Positions 12,649 to 25,974 of a DNA stretch of 64,000 nt are shown one piece after another. The stretch comes from Octopus sinensis (lineage: Eukaryota). The position numbers and the translations under genes are program-made. Numbering within the stretch: the first letter of the stretch is position 1; the number at the start of each line of letters is the position of its first letter. The notes beneath the pieces are model-generated. The model did no database searches and was not told the DNA's origin. It was given only the letters and a program-made list of their open reading frames with translations. The stretch spans positions 93,186,001 to 93,250,000 of the forward strand of contig NC_043002.1 in NCBI RefSeq assembly GCF_006345805.1, read 5' to 3'.

Positions 12649-15379
12649 AACCTATATTTCATTTAGCTATTTGAGTAAATCTAATATTAGTCTACCTTAA
12701 TGGTGGCCACCTCTGGTTTGGAAACATCAGTAATCTGGAAAGGCTTATTGATGTTATTCCTGTAAATATTTATATGTACATTATAATATACATATATAAT
12801 ATCGATATATTGGTTTCAAATTTTGGCACAAGGCCAGCAATTTCAGGGGTGGAATGAAGTTAAATACATCAACCCCAGTGCTTAATTGATACTTATTTTA
12901 TCAACCCTGGAAATGTTAAAGGCAAAGTGAACCTCGGCTGGATTTGAACTCTGAATGTAATGGTGGATAATGTGGTTATATTAGCACTAGATATTGTTAA
13001 GTTCAGCTAAATATAATCAATCTGGTTGCTTTTGAAGTGATATGTACATTGGTTAGTCAACTAAACACTGTGTGTGTGCATGCGTGCACATGCACACACA
13101 CGTCATTTAAAAAAATATTTTGTGCTTATTCTGCTTGTTGCTTTTCTCTTAAGGTAGCCAAAGTTTTTCTAAATGTTTTTTTTTTTTTTGAAACAAATAT
13201 TTAATATATTGTGACAATGTTTGAAGTTTTTATTCTTTCTTTTTCTGACAATAAAATAAATTGCAACTGTAAATTAATAATAATAATTCTTTCTACCTTA
13301 GGCACAAGGCTGAAATTTGGTGGGAGGGGACTAGTCGATTACATCAACCCCAGTGTTTCACTGGTACTTAATTTATTGACCCCAAAAGGATGAAAGGCAA
13401 AGTTGACCTTGGCGGTATTTTGAACTCAGAATGTAGTGACAGTTGAAATATTGCTAAGCATTTCATCCAGCATGCTAATGATTCTGACAGCTCACCACTT
13501 TAATAATGATAATACTCCTTTCTACTAAAGGCACAAGGCCTGAAATTTGGGGGAAGGGGACTAGTCGACTAAATCAACCCTAGTGTTTTGCTGGTACTTA
13601 ATTTATGAAAGGCAAAGTTAACCTTGGCAGAATATGAACTCAGAATGTAGTAACAGATGAAATGCCACTTAGCATTTTGCCCGGTGTGCTAACAACTCCC
13701 CTAGCTCACCGTCTTAATAATAATAATATTAATAATAATAATAAAGGTTAGTGTTTATAACTATTTGGTTAGGAAAGATTAGTTTGCAGCCATTTGTCTT
13801 CAAGTTCAATCTCACTGCACAACACCTACGACTGACCCAGAGCGTTGTGAGTGAAATCTAGCAGGCGTAAACTGTGCAGAAACCTGTGGAATAATGTGTG
13901 TGTAAGTGCCTAGTGGTGTGGAATAGCAGGACCAAGTATGTTGAATGAAAATGCTTAGTCTTTGTGGTATTTGGCTCCATCTCAATTATGTCCACTCAAA
14001 TGCCTATCTGGCTATGCTTTTCATCATCCTCTGAGGCTGATAAAGTAAGTACCCAAGTACTGAGGTCAGTACAATTAATTAAATGCCCCTTGAAGGTAGT
14101 GCTCCAGCGTGGCAACAATCCAGTACACTATGTATTCCTTTCACATTTTATATTAGTACAATTCCTTTATCATAGGCATCTTTGTTAAAGCCAGGCACCT
14201 AGTCAACTGTGAAAGAATTGGTGGCTGGAAACTATGTACATATATTTTATTATTTTGACAGGCAAAAGTTACAATGTGACTCAAGGTTCGAGTGTTTCGT
14301 GTATATCACTTACCTGTGCATAAAACTTTTGGCCTTTGAGTCACTTTGTGATTTCTGCTGATGAAAATAATGAAGCACATATACTCATGTATTAAGTTCT
14401 ATTCATCCAGTTCTACCAAATTTAGATGTGTGCATTTGTGTGTTTGTTTATATTTGCACTGTGTAAAGGCCACAAGCTATTGTTGGTGGTGTTTCTGTCA
14501 TTTCTCCTACCAACAAATTGTTCGCTTACTTTGCATCACTATTGTAGACATATGAAATAAGAGATCCCTTACTCGTAAAACAATTAAGGGTTAGTAAAAT
14601 GGAAGGGCATCTGATGGATGCACTCCTAGCTTCTTAGCTATCATCAGCACTGTGTACTGCATGAGAAACAACCCTGAAATGATTTTGGAAGTCTTTGCCA
14701 GTGGGTGGCCATGAAATGGCTGATCTTTTAACACCTGTTGCCTAAAGTGAGAATTTTTTCTCAACAGCAAATAACAGTGAACATAGCCTTTTTACAGATT
14801 AAATATGATTTTTATATATATGTGTGTGTGTGGTACTATACCATAATAGCTGTGAATGTCTAGTGGGTCTAGTGGGTAGATTGATCAACTCCTGATAGTG
14901 GTTTCAATTCTGAGACTAGGTAGCACACTGTGTTCTTGAGTAAACCACTTTATTTCATGTTGCTTCACTCCTCTCTGAAATTTCTGCAGCTGAAAATGAG
15001 TATAACAACAGCTGGAAGTTAATCCTACAGCATGAGTGAGAGGAGTATTAGATTCTTGGTTTCTTACACACCATGGAAATTGGGATAACCTCTTGTCTGA
15101 TGATCTTGTAGGCTGGTGACAGCCCTAAGATAAAGAAAATCTAGGAGAAACACCACCTTCAAAGCAGTGTTTCTCCTAGTTTTTCTAATCTATATATTAT
15201 CTCACCATTTTGTATAAATGTCTTGTCTTAATTTTTAAAGAAGGATAGAAACTCATAAATCATGAAATATGAAAGGGAAGTGATAAAAAAAAATTAGTGA
15301 AATAAACTTTTAAACATTTTAAAGAAGGATTAAAATCAATAAATAATGAGATAACTAAAAAGTATTTTATAGCTTTTAA

Positions 15380-15571
15380 CCTTTTAGCATTTAATCTGGC
15401 CATATCCAGACAATATATTTTATCTGTTTTATCTTCAAACTGGCCAGGTCTGGCCTCTCACACTCACACTACTATGTCATTCTAAAAATATACAATATAA
15501 TTCATGATTAATTCAAAATAATATGAATAAATAAGCATTACATTTGATAGAGTGATCTGAATACTAAGGGG
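15380..15571. mobile_element. piggyBac-type MITE, second family (TTAA TSD)
   Basis: TTAA|CCTTTTAGCATTT ... GAATACTAAGGGG|TTAA. Related copies at about 7078-7250, 18804-18948 and 38910-39114 (inverted). Confidence 0.7.
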
Positions 15572-16020
15572 TTAAACTTTTAAAAGGAAATTTGTAAGTT
15601 ATAAAATAGTGAGGCATGAAAGTACTTTGATTTGTTTTCCTTGCTATATATAAAGAATAAATCCTTCATTTGTTTTGTTTTTTTTAATTATAATTGCTAT
15701 AACAATATTGCCATCACAGTAAAAATCATTGTGAGTTAGACTAGTGGGTGAAAGTGACAAAGAAGTGAATTTAAGTTTAAAATGGAAAACAAGAAAAAGA
15801 ATAGGATGTGATTGCAGTGAATGAGAGCTGGGAAGAGCAACATAGCAAGAGCTCAGTGTTTTGCACCAAGATGGCATTCAAAATGAAAATAAATGCCCCC
15901 CCCCCTTTTTTTTTTTTAATTAAGTATATGAGTATATCAAAATTGGAATTTTAAGGTTTTGCTATAATTTTAGATTGAACCAAAAGATTTTGTAAAGTCT
16001 TGGTTACATATATTGATACA

Positions 16021-17247
16021 TCAGGTCATCCCATAAGTTCTGTTCGATTTTACCTTTTTTAAAATTGAATGAAATTTAATAGTATTTTAGAATGTCTAAT
16101 GGGATTAAAAATTATTTTTATGCATTTGTGTACATTTAAACTAATTAAATATTATTTTACAGAATAATAGAATTAAAATTTCTTTGATTAAAACCCTTTC
16201 TAACGTGGAAGTATCCAAAGAGCATTTGAGGCACATAATACTTTGAGTACAAAATAAGAAACTCTGCAGCCAAAGCGACTCGAAACATACACTCAGGTTA
16301 TGGGAAAGAATGCTTGAATGAAAGAACTTGCAGAAGATGGTTTGCAAAATTCAGAAGTGGAGATTTCAGCCTTGAAGATTAAGATCAAACAAGACATCCA
16401 GTTGAGTTTGATGATAAGCTTCTTGTAGCATTACTTGAAGAAAATCCTGCATTATCTGTTGAAGAATTGGCAATAAAGCTTAGTTCAAACTATACAACTG
16501 TTCATCGTCATCTTCAACAACTTGGAAAGGTTCCTAAACTTGGAAAATGAGTGCCTCATGATTTGTCTGAAAGCAACTGCAAATCCCGAGTTGACATCTG
16601 CTTTTCTCTCCATTCTTGCAAACTCATTTAACCATTTTTGGATAGACTTGTGACTGGTGATGAAAAATGGATCTTCTATCAAAATGTTAAATGTCATAAA
16701 CAGTGGCTTGGTAAAAGGGAAAAAGCTCAACCACAACCGAGAAGGGAACTTCATGGGGAAAAGGTTCTCTCTATCTGGTGGGATTGCAAAGGAGTAATTC
16801 ACTTGGAATTGTTACCACCTAATGCAACAATCAATGCTCAAGTCTACTGTCAGCAATTAGAACGTCTGAACCAAGTTTTGAAGAAAAAAAGACCCGCTTT
16901 AGTGAATCAAAAAGGTGTAATGTTTCATCAGGACAATGCGCGACTCCACACTGCAAATATCACATCACAGAAGATCGAAGAGCTTGGTTGGGGAAAAATT
17001 CCTCATCCACCTTATTCTCCCGACCTTGCTCCTTCAGACTACTATTTGTTTCATAGTTTACAGAATCATTTGGGGGGCATAACTTTTGCAAGCCAGGAGG
17101 AGGTCAAAACTGACATTTCAGAGTTCTTCACTTTGAAACCAAAAACGTTTTACATTGATGGGATTAAAAAACTTGTAAATAGATGGAAGGAAGTCATAGA
17201 TAATCAGGGAAAGTACATTGATGATTAAATTTCAATTAAATATAACA

Positions 17248-17250
<3 letters not shown>
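16021..17250 (+). mobile_element. Mariner (DD34D) transposon, defective, 3' TIR missing
   Basis: Left end TCAGGTCATCCCATAAGTTC. Transposase relic with VTGDEKW, HQDNA, YSPDLAPSD (34-residue D-D spacing counted) and a decayed WVPHEL motif. Confidence 0.95.
16205..17228 (+). pseudogene. Mariner transposase pseudogene
   Basis: Start mutated to GTG, one frameshift near codon 13 and three in-frame stops. The C-terminal 196 aa remain open (ORF track 16638-17228). Confidence 0.93.
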
Positions 17251-17279
<29 letters not shown>

Positions 17280-17533
17280 CCCAATCTAAATTCCCCACTT
17301 TTTTGATGTTTATGTATAACCCATGCCTCACTGTCTTTCAGTTATTTTCAGTTTTGCTTTTAGTTTGAGCTACCGTTAAAGAAACAACCACATCTTCATT
17401 TTGAGTCTGGATTATGTATTTCATTGAAGCTAACCTTGAATTTTCAAATTTTGTGGTTAACCTGTCATTTTGTTTTTCTTTCATTTTCATCTCCAATGTC
17501 AATGTCCTCATAGCTAAAGTGTATTCATTTCAG

Positions 17534-17684
17534 GCTCTCTTGCGCAAACAGAGAAACTGTTGTATTGAGATTGAAATCCAACCTGTATACCTTGTGCCAG
17601 ATACCAACTGCTTCATTGATCATCTGCTTGGTTTACAGAAACTAATTTTTAGTGAAAATTACACTATCTCCGTTCCACTAATTG
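17534..17684 (+). CDS. SMG6: SMG6 exon, PIN domain start (phase 0-1)
   Basis: Acceptor tcatttcag|, donor |gtgagt. Encodes ALLRKQRNCCIEIEIQPVYLVPDTNCFIDHLLGLQKLIFSENYTISVPLI, including the VPDTN catalytic Asp motif. Confidence 0.97.
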
Positions 17685-19950
17685 GTGAGTACATGCTGTA
17701 CCGTTACAGCCAGTTGTTACATAAATACTAGTTGTTTATTTACTGTAGAATTAAATAAACCAATGAATTTGATTGAAAGTGCCTTCCCTTTCCTTCTTAA
17801 ATCTGAAATTTAGAACATGAATGAAGATGAAATATATAGCTTAACAGCACAATTTAATTCGTTAGAGCACTGAACTAGCTTCTCTTTATGAATGTACTTG
17901 TTTGTTTTACATTTGTGCCGGGTTCATCATCGTCAGTGTTTTACATGCATTTATCTATGCTGATATGGGTTGGACAATTTTTCTGAGGCAATGTTTTATG
18001 GTCACACACCTTGTCTGTTGCTAGCTTTTTAGTCACCTGTTTGAACATGCAAGGAACCCAGTGTACATGCAACATATTCTCTATGCTGTAATCAAAGGTG
18101 ATCTTTCAGTGAATTTGATCTCTTGTAAAAGTGATCCCAACTAAATGGATTAGTCTTTAACACATGTAATGTTATAGTTTTTATGCTATTGTTTATAATG
18201 AGATATTTGCTGTACTAATCTACCCTAACACTGCTAAAGTGTTTTACTATTGGTCATAGGCATTGGTGTGGCTGTGTGGTAAAAAGTGTGCTTCTCAACC
18301 ACATGGTTCTGGGTTCAGTACCAACTGCATGGCATGGCACGTTGGGCAAGCGTCCTCTACTATAGCCAAAGGTCAACTAAAGCTTTGTGAGTGAATTTGG
18401 TAGACAGAAACTGAAACAAGTCCATTGTGTATATATATATGCACATACACACACGTGTGTGTGTGTGTTTATCTTGACAACTTGTGTTGGGTTGTTAATG
18501 TCCCCATAACTTAGCAGTTCAGCAAAAGTAACCAATAGAATAAGTACCAGTCTTTAAAAAAAAAAAGTACTGGAGTCAATTTTTTTGTGACTAAACCTTC
18601 AGTCACAAGTGAAACAATTGAAAAATAAAAGATAAAGATAGGAGGCTCTTGACTTGCTACTATAATTGTTGTGTGCACTATTAATAATTTATGTATTTAT
18701 CAATATGTTATACTTCCACTAAAACACTGAAGATGCACATCTTTAATGGTGTCTTGGCAGTAAACTCTTTTTCTTGAAGCAACATATAGATGTTCATTAT
18801 TAAGCCTTTAGCACTTAAACTGGTCATAACTGGCCCAAACATCCTACCCATTTTATGTTCAAACTGGCCAGATCCAACCTCTCGTACTTAGCCTACAACA
18901 TCACTGTGAAAATAAACAATCAAATCGTTGATTAATTCAAAACAAGGGTTAAGCATTATGATGTTTTGCTTTAAAATCTGTTTTCCCCTCGTTACCTGGA
19001 AAAGATACTTCTGTGTGTGACTATGTTTGTTTGTTTGTTTACAGAAAAAGAAACCTATGTTACCAGCTGAGGTGGAAGTCTACTTCAAATTTCTTTCCTT
19101 CTACTCATATTCTCTCTCTCTCTCCAATAGATGCAGACATGACTGTGATTAAGAAGCTTATTTTGTAATCACATGGTTTTTTAGTTAGTTGCACTGCATC
19201 GCACTTTGGGCAAGTGTCTTTCTTCTATTATAGCCCTGGGCTGGCCAAAACCTTGTGAGTGTATTTGGTAGACAAATTGAAAGAAGTCTGTCGTGTGTAT
19301 GTGTGTGTGTCTCTTTGTCTTTACATTGTACCATAGTTGTAAATGTTGTATGAGTAGTATGGCTTTGTTTCCACTTTTTAGTAGTGCAAGCATGCCTAGC
19401 CATGGGGGGGGGGGATGAGGGTTAGTGAAAGGAATGGCATCCAGCCATAGTAAATTTGCCTCAACAAATTCCATCTAACCCATAAAGGATGGAAAAGTGG
19501 ATGTTAAAATGACAATGATCACACGCTCATTAACGCACACAAACACACACATACACACATTGTGTTTCTCAGTTTTTAGAATTGTACCCTGAGTCCTTTT
19601 AAAACATTATGAAGCAACAAAAAAAAAAAAAAGGTTGGCATCAGGTGGAACATCCCACTATGAAACACTGCCTTAAAAAGCCTCATCCAACTTATGATGA
19701 TAATGGTAGTGGTGGTGATAGCAATGGAGAGGAGAGAGAGACAGTATAACTGATATACTATAGCCCTCACTTGCTTTACTTACAGCTGTAATTATGACAC
19801 ATAACTTACTAAGTCACAAATTTCCTCCTACTTTGAATGAATGGTCTTAGCAATTTAAAATCACCAACTGAAGACTGTTCCCACTGTTAGTTGTTCCTGT
19901 GAATTTGATGCAACAAACATAATGACTCTCTGTATGTTAAAAAAAATTTT

Positions 19951-20360
19951 GGATCTTTTCGGTTTGAACTGCCGTTTTTAACATAATTTCTAGGTAATTA
20001 AAAAATTTTAAACTTCGTATACTGGTAGAATGTGTTTATAAAACATCTTTTTCTCTTGACTTTATTCAGAAAATTCTATAGTTTGTAAGATATTTGTTGT
20101 TTTTTTCTTCAATTTCTGCAATTTCAACCAATCACTGACGTCCATTGAGGTAAAAAAACATTCTGTGCCGTATGAATATGTCCCTCGTTTAAGAAACAGA
20201 TTGGGTTTATTTACATTTGTGAAGAAAAAAAGATACCCTTCCCCCACCCCTAACCCTAACACAGATTGAAATGCAATAGATCGATACTAGGGTCATAATT
20301 ATGGGTGACAATTTCATATGACAACGCTAGAAAAAACTGCTGTTCAAACCGAAAAGATCC
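19951..20360. mobile_element. MITE with GGATC..GATCC TIRs, copy 1
   Basis: TIR ggatcttttcggtttgaactgccgttttt / aaaaactgctgttcaaaccgaaaagatcc; flanks aaaatttt/aaattttt (7 of 8 match); homologous to 49855-50258. Confidence 0.85.
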
Positions 20361-20659
20361 AAATTTTTTTATATATCAACTATTTGAAAATAATGTATTT
20401 TAACAAACGGCTACTTTTCTTCTGTTGTTTTTATGGATACTGCTAGCAACAGCTAAGCAATTTCTTTGATCCTAACTTAATCTAAATGCAGATTGATTCA
20501 GCAATGAGAACTGTGTCTCTCTCTCTCTTTTTTACTTTATCTCAGTTAAACTCAAAAAAGAACACTGACATGGCAAGTACTCCCTAATTTCCTGAGCTTC
20601 TGTGGTTTGACTCCGCTGAGAGTTGCTTTCATAAGATTACCTGGGATTGTATGCTTAAC

Positions 20660-21400
20660 TGTTGGGTACGGAATTACCTAGGATACACTTCGTTATTCAC
20701 TCTGCCAGAAATTTGGAAACAACATACTGTATTGCTTAGCATTTGTACCAGAAGCTCCAATATGAATATTTCAGAGTATTTTGGTGTCAATCTGAGGACA
20801 GTGCAATCTGAGTATATGTACTGACAATGATAAAAATCAAACATCCAGTCAACGTCATGGTGCTTGAAGTGATCACTAGTGATGGCAACGTTATATTTCC
20901 GTTCATCTTCCCACATGGCCTCAGACTCAACACAAGGCCTGCTTCAAGTGCCTGGAGAAAGTAGTGCTGTCCTGGCTCAAGAGGGTTTTCACAGAAGGTT
21001 GAAAATGATGAACATTGCCCTGGGTCAAGAGGGTGACTTCTGGAAGACCCTATGTCTGGCAACAGGACTCTGCACCATGCCACACAAGAGAACCCAGTCA
21101 TGGCTGTCAGACAATTTTTGAAACCACATCACTCCTAACATCTGGCTACCTAACTCCCCAGACTGCAACCGCCTTGATTATTATGTGTGGAGTGCAGTTG
21201 AGCAAGAGACCAACAAAACTCCTTGTAACAACAAAGATGAACTGAAGGCAAGGATTACGGTATCATTCCCTAACTTAAACAAGGAGGCTGTCCAAATGAG
21301 TTGCAGGAAATTTCGAAGTTGTCTGGAGGCCGTGGTTGAACCCAGTGGCGATTTTATTGAATATATTTACTCTAGTATTTCAAGATATTTTCATGTAATT
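20660..21400 (+). mobile_element. maT (DD37D)-type Tc1/mariner transposase remnant
   Basis: Fragments KHPVNVMVL..TSDG, RPYVWQQDSAPCHT, IWLPNSPDCNRLDYYVWSAVE, NKDELKARI in shifting frames. Confidence 0.8.
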
Positions 21401-21537
21401 TTGGTAAATATACCTGTTAAAATTTTTGCGTAATTTTGACAAATATATATATATGTATATGATAAATAATGATGATTATAATGACAGAGTTATAATTGTG
21501 TGTGTCTCACCTGTTGTTTTCTTTATTTTCATTGCAG

Positions 21538-21749
21538 TAATTAATGAGTTGGATGGCTTAGTCCGTGGTAACTTAGAAGGTCATTATGAATCAATTGAAC
21601 ACAGTGACATGGTGAAGGAAAATGCAAGGTTGGCCATGACATTTCTTGAGCAGCAATTTGAACAGAAAAACCCCCATCTAAGAGCTCAGACAACTAAAGG
21701 CACCATGCTTCAAACAATTCTCTATCGTAGTGAAGCTACTGACACTAAG
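21538..21749 (+). CDS. SMG6: SMG6 exon, PIN domain (phase 1-0)
   Basis: Acceptor ttcattgcag|, donor |gtaaat. Encodes (V)INELDGLVRG...ARLAMTFLEQQFEQKNPHLRAQTTKG...YRSEATDTK, matching human VINELDGLAKG..FLEQRFE..LRALTSRG. Confidence 0.97.
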
Positions 21750-22334
21750 GTAAATTTCATTTATGTATTCTGTAACTAGTTTCACTTATTGGACTGTGGC
21801 CATGCTGGGGCACTACCTTCAAAGCTTTTCCGTTGATAGCATCATACTCCACTGCATGTTTTATCATTCTATATTTTATTGAAGTAGTAAGAAGCTTGCT
21901 TCCCAACCATTTGGTTTAGGGTTCAGTCCTACAGTGTGCACTTTATGCAAGTGTCTTCTGCTATAGCCCCAGGCTGACAAAAGTCTTTATGAGTGCATTT
22001 GGTCAAGGGAAATGAAAGAGGCCTGTTGTGTGTGTTTGTGTTATTGTTTCCTTGCCTTGACTTGTGTGATAGTTGTAAACAAATGTCACTGTCATACAAG
22101 CAGTGTCTGTCATTTCCAATCTTCTGTGAAAACATGTCTGGTCATGAATGGAAACCGGTAATGGTTGGTGACAGAAAGTGCATCCAACCATGGAAAAATC
22201 CACCTCAACAAATGCTACCTACCCTATACAAACATGGAAAGGTAAATGTTAAAATAATGATAATGATGATGATGTGTGTGTGTCTGTATGATGGTCTCTC
22301 ATTGATTTGCAGTTGCCCATTTCTATCAACTAGT

Positions 22335-22620
22335 GGAGGCACATGGCCTAGTGATTAGAGCAGCAGACTTGCGGTCGAGGGATCACGGGTTCGAATCTTG
22401 GACCGGGCGATATGTGTGTTTATGAGCAAAACACCTAAGCTCCACGTGACTCTGGCAGAAGGTAATGGCGAACGTCTGCTGACTCTTTCGCCACAACTTT
22501 CTCTCACTCTTTCCTCCTGCGTCTTGCAGCTCACCTGCGACAGACCAGCGTCCCGTCCAGGTGGGGAACCTATACGCCAAGGAAACTGGCCCTTATGAGC
22601 CAGTCATGGCTTGAGAAGGA
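22335..22620 (+). mobile_element. tRNA-derived SINE (octopus OR-like head)
   Basis: A box TGGCCTAGTGATT, B box GGTTCGAATC, followed by non-tRNA body. Confidence 0.85.
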
Positions 22621-22899
22621 ACAAACAGAAAAAAAACAAAACATTTCTATCAACTGGTTATCCTACTCATTGAATTATATACTACAACACACACACATAT
22701 TAATATTTGTATATATATATATGTATGTGTCTAAGTGTGGAGTGAGTGATGAGCTTCCACACAATTTCTGTATAATTTTACTCACATGGCATTGATCAGC
22801 TTATGGCTACAGTAGAAAATTCTTGACGAAGATGCCACATTTTACTTTTTTTATTTAGTAGGGTTATTTGAAACACATTTCATTTTTTTTTTCCTTCAG

Positions 22900-22981
22900 G
22901 GAAACAATGATGACCTGATTCTTACCTGTTGCCTTCACTATTGCAAAGACACTACTAAAGATTTCATTCCAAAAGGGAAAG
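22900..22981 (+). CDS. SMG6: SMG6 exon, PIN domain (phase 0-1)
   Basis: Acceptor ttccttcag|, donor |gtttga. Encodes GNNDDLILTCCLHYCKDTTKDFIPKGK, matching human GNNDDLILSCCLHYCKD. Confidence 0.97.
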
Positions 22982-23006
22982 GTTTGAACGATTTTATATT
23001 TCTGTA

Positions 23007-23041
<35 letters not shown>

Positions 23042-25843
23042 ATATATATATATATATATGTATATATAATCTTAATAATACTAAAACTCTAGAGATGTTT
23101 GTACGTACCTGAAATATCTCAGAAATAGTATATTTTGTCTTAATTTTTTTGCACATTTATTTTCATACTTCGACAGTGCAGTACAAATTTTGTTTGTTAT
23201 TTCTTGACAAAAAAAACATGGCTTCTGTGACATCAACACAGATACAGAATACACACTCATATAATGAATGTCATGGCATGTCAATCAACACAAACACACA
23301 TCTGCTATCCGTGACATATTCACACACATACTCTTCACGCTCTTTAAGAAAAAATAAATGTTGACTATTTAACATACACAATATTTTTATCATTTGGAAA
23401 TATTTTTAACTGAATGTGACTTCAAAAGTGTAAGTTGTTTGTACAGTAAGTTTTTATATTTTAGCTTTTGTCAGCTGTCTATCTACTCCTCATTTCAAGC
23501 ATTCAACAACAATATGCGTCATTGAAGACAGTTGCTCCCATAAATTTCAAAATAAAATTTTGGATTTATGGAGGGTCAAAGTTGGGAACAAAAATAGGAC
23601 AGAGGAGACATACAAGGAAACTGAATGTAAACAAACCTGGAGGGTCATTAGACCAGAAAGAGAGGAATATAGAGAATGCTAGGAGAAATATTTTCTTTGA
23701 AAAGAGAAAAGATAAAAGAGAGAGATAGATGGAAGACATCCTTAGAATGTCATGCAGGAAAAGAAAGATGGACGATGGTCGTGTGTGAGCAACGAGAGAG
23801 AGAGAGAAAAGAGAAAGAGGGAGGGAAAGAGAGAGAGAGAGAGAGAAAAGGTGCCAGACATTACAACTGAAACTATGTTGCAAAGCAAACTTCTCAACCA
23901 CACAGCCACACCTGCACCTATTCATATACTATTTTATTTGTATATGTTTATATGCAAATATAATTTAATCTCTTCAACCTTTAAGTATTCTAAATATGAC
24001 TGTCGTATAGTATTTAGCTTTTCCAAACCAGTATTTTTTGTTCCCCTTGATATTCTGACTAAAACTTTATTGTTTTTGTGCAGAACTTCTATGATTATAT
24101 ATAATTATTAATTATATAATTCATGGTTTATCCATGCTAAGTTTTTCCTTTGGAGCCAGTAAAATAAATTAGTCCAGTGAATTGATCTCCTTCTTCTACA
24201 CAATCTTGATTAAGATAAAAGAAGTTATTCACAGCATACAATTGACAAAAATCAGGTAAAAGATATGACATGTCATGAGCGTTGAATAAAATGCCCATTT
24301 GAGTTAGTCTCCATTTATTTTTTAGTTAGGATATGAAACTGTAATGTGTATCAGTGGAAACATCTACTGGTGCACAGCCTATTGGCCAGAGACAACTGTG
24401 GGAACAACTATAATCACAAGATATTTTATGAACATAATAGATAACCTAATGGCTACCTTATTGGCATCTGAGTAAAGGTAATATGGCTCAATCTCATCTT
24501 AGAGATTGATAATAGAAGAATGTATGTCATTATCCCAATGTAAGGATGTTATATGGTCAAAGAAAATCATCAACATCAAGGCAGGACCAACACATTTTGA
24601 CCTTGCATTCTTGATTTCATCTATAAACTGTCCTAGCATTCCTTAAAAACATTGATATTTTATGTAACTTTTATAATTGTAGAGAGTAACAACCCACTTT
24701 TGATTTTTTTTTTCTTTTTTACATATGCACATGGTCAATAATTCTAGTTTCCTTTCAGTTGTGGGATCTCTTCTGTCTCACTAGCGCCACAAAAAAAAAT
24801 AAGTGCCCAGTACACTTTGTAAAGTGGTTGGTATTAGGAAGGCCATCCAACCATAGAAACCATGCCAAAACTGAAACACTGGAGCATGATGGAATGTTTC
24901 AACTCATTAAATCCTCTCACATCATCCACCATATGCCAGCATAGAAAACAGACATTAAATAATGATGTTGATAATCTTACATATAAAAATATCCTCACAA
25001 ATCAGTTAATTTCTATCACTATCAGTGTGTATCTTTTACTAGTTTCAGCCAAAGGCTGGGGCTATACTGGAGCACCACCTTTGTATGCTAGTAAAAATTC
25101 AATAATAAATCCTGACACAAAAGTCTACTTAAAAGCCATCAACTGATCGAGGGTGTGCATTTATATTGAATTTGAGAATTTTTTTAGAAAAGGTTCAAGT
25201 CTCACTGAGAACACTTTAGTTGCTCACTTGTGGGTCACAATCTACCTGTTACCAATCCCTGATACTCATGATAGTGTACTGACTAAATGAAATATGGTTT
25301 CTAATTCAGCATCTCAGTTTTGAAGTTGATTCCAGCTCTAAGATTACAAATTTAGCCGTGTACCTGGAAAACTGTTTTTTTTTATATTGCTACTACTATT
25401 ACTGAAACTACTACTGTCATAAAGAAATATTATGTTGTATTGTGACAATCATTAATGTGTGTGTGTGTGATTACACATGCATATCAATTGACATACAGAC
25501 ATACTTTATTTGATATGTGTGTGTATGCACATGTGTATAAACATTTTAATAAGAGGTATGAGGTTGTGTTAATATTGCATTGTGTGTGTGTGGGTGGAGG
25601 TGTCTCTATTTTTCTCTTTAGTCCTAGTTTTGTTCTGTTTCCATGATTACATTCTAAGTCTCATTGAAAATATTGTCATTTATAAAGGATTTCACACAAA
25701 AAAAAAAGTTATGTTTTACTTTTTTATTTATATTTAAAATTAGAATTTATAGAATTTTAAAAATGTTTATGACAAAGAAATTTTTTCAATTGTTTGTTTC
25801 TTTCATTATCATTGCTTTTTTTTTTGTTTACTTTGTTATTCAG

Positions 25844-25974
25844 ATGAGCCTAACCGCATTTACCGTGATGTAGTCCTTCTCACTGATGATCGTAATTTAC
25901 GCCTGAAAGCCCACACTTACAATGTTCCTGTGAAGGATGTTCCCAGCTTCCTCAAGTGGTGTAAAGTAACATGA
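25844..25974 (+). CDS. SMG6: SMG6 last coding exon with stop codon
   Basis: Acceptor tgttattcag|. Encodes (D)EPNRIYRDVVLLTDDRNLRLKAHTYNVPVKDVPSFLKWCKVT*, with TGA at 25972-25974. The six core exons sum to 888 nt in one continuous frame. Confidence 0.97.

Noticed and set aside
15141-15179. 13-bp perfect hairpin downstream of a CTGATGA
   Set aside because: Core spacing does not fit a hammerhead, and the hairpin is too short to interpret alone.
17600-17611. DTNC instead of human DTNG next to the first PIN catalytic Asp
   Set aside because: All four acidic motifs are intact. A single substitution is no evidence of altered function without an alignment.
18727-18790. CTGAAGA followed by a weak hairpin
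   Set aside because: GTAAAC instead of GAAAC and no NUH/stem III. At most an ancient relic.
20248-20260. Telomere-like CCCTAACCCTAAC inside an intron of a telomerase-associated gene
   Set aside because: Only two units, and part of the MITE (also present at 49956-49967), so the link to EST1A is coincidental.
22335-22410. tRNA gene
   Set aside because: A and B boxes are present, but the sequence continues into a SINE body found in several copies, so it is a SINE head.
23468-24111. Several overlapping 64-119-aa ORFs
   Set aside because: Produced by a GA-rich low-complexity tract and a SINE fragment in an SMG6 intron.
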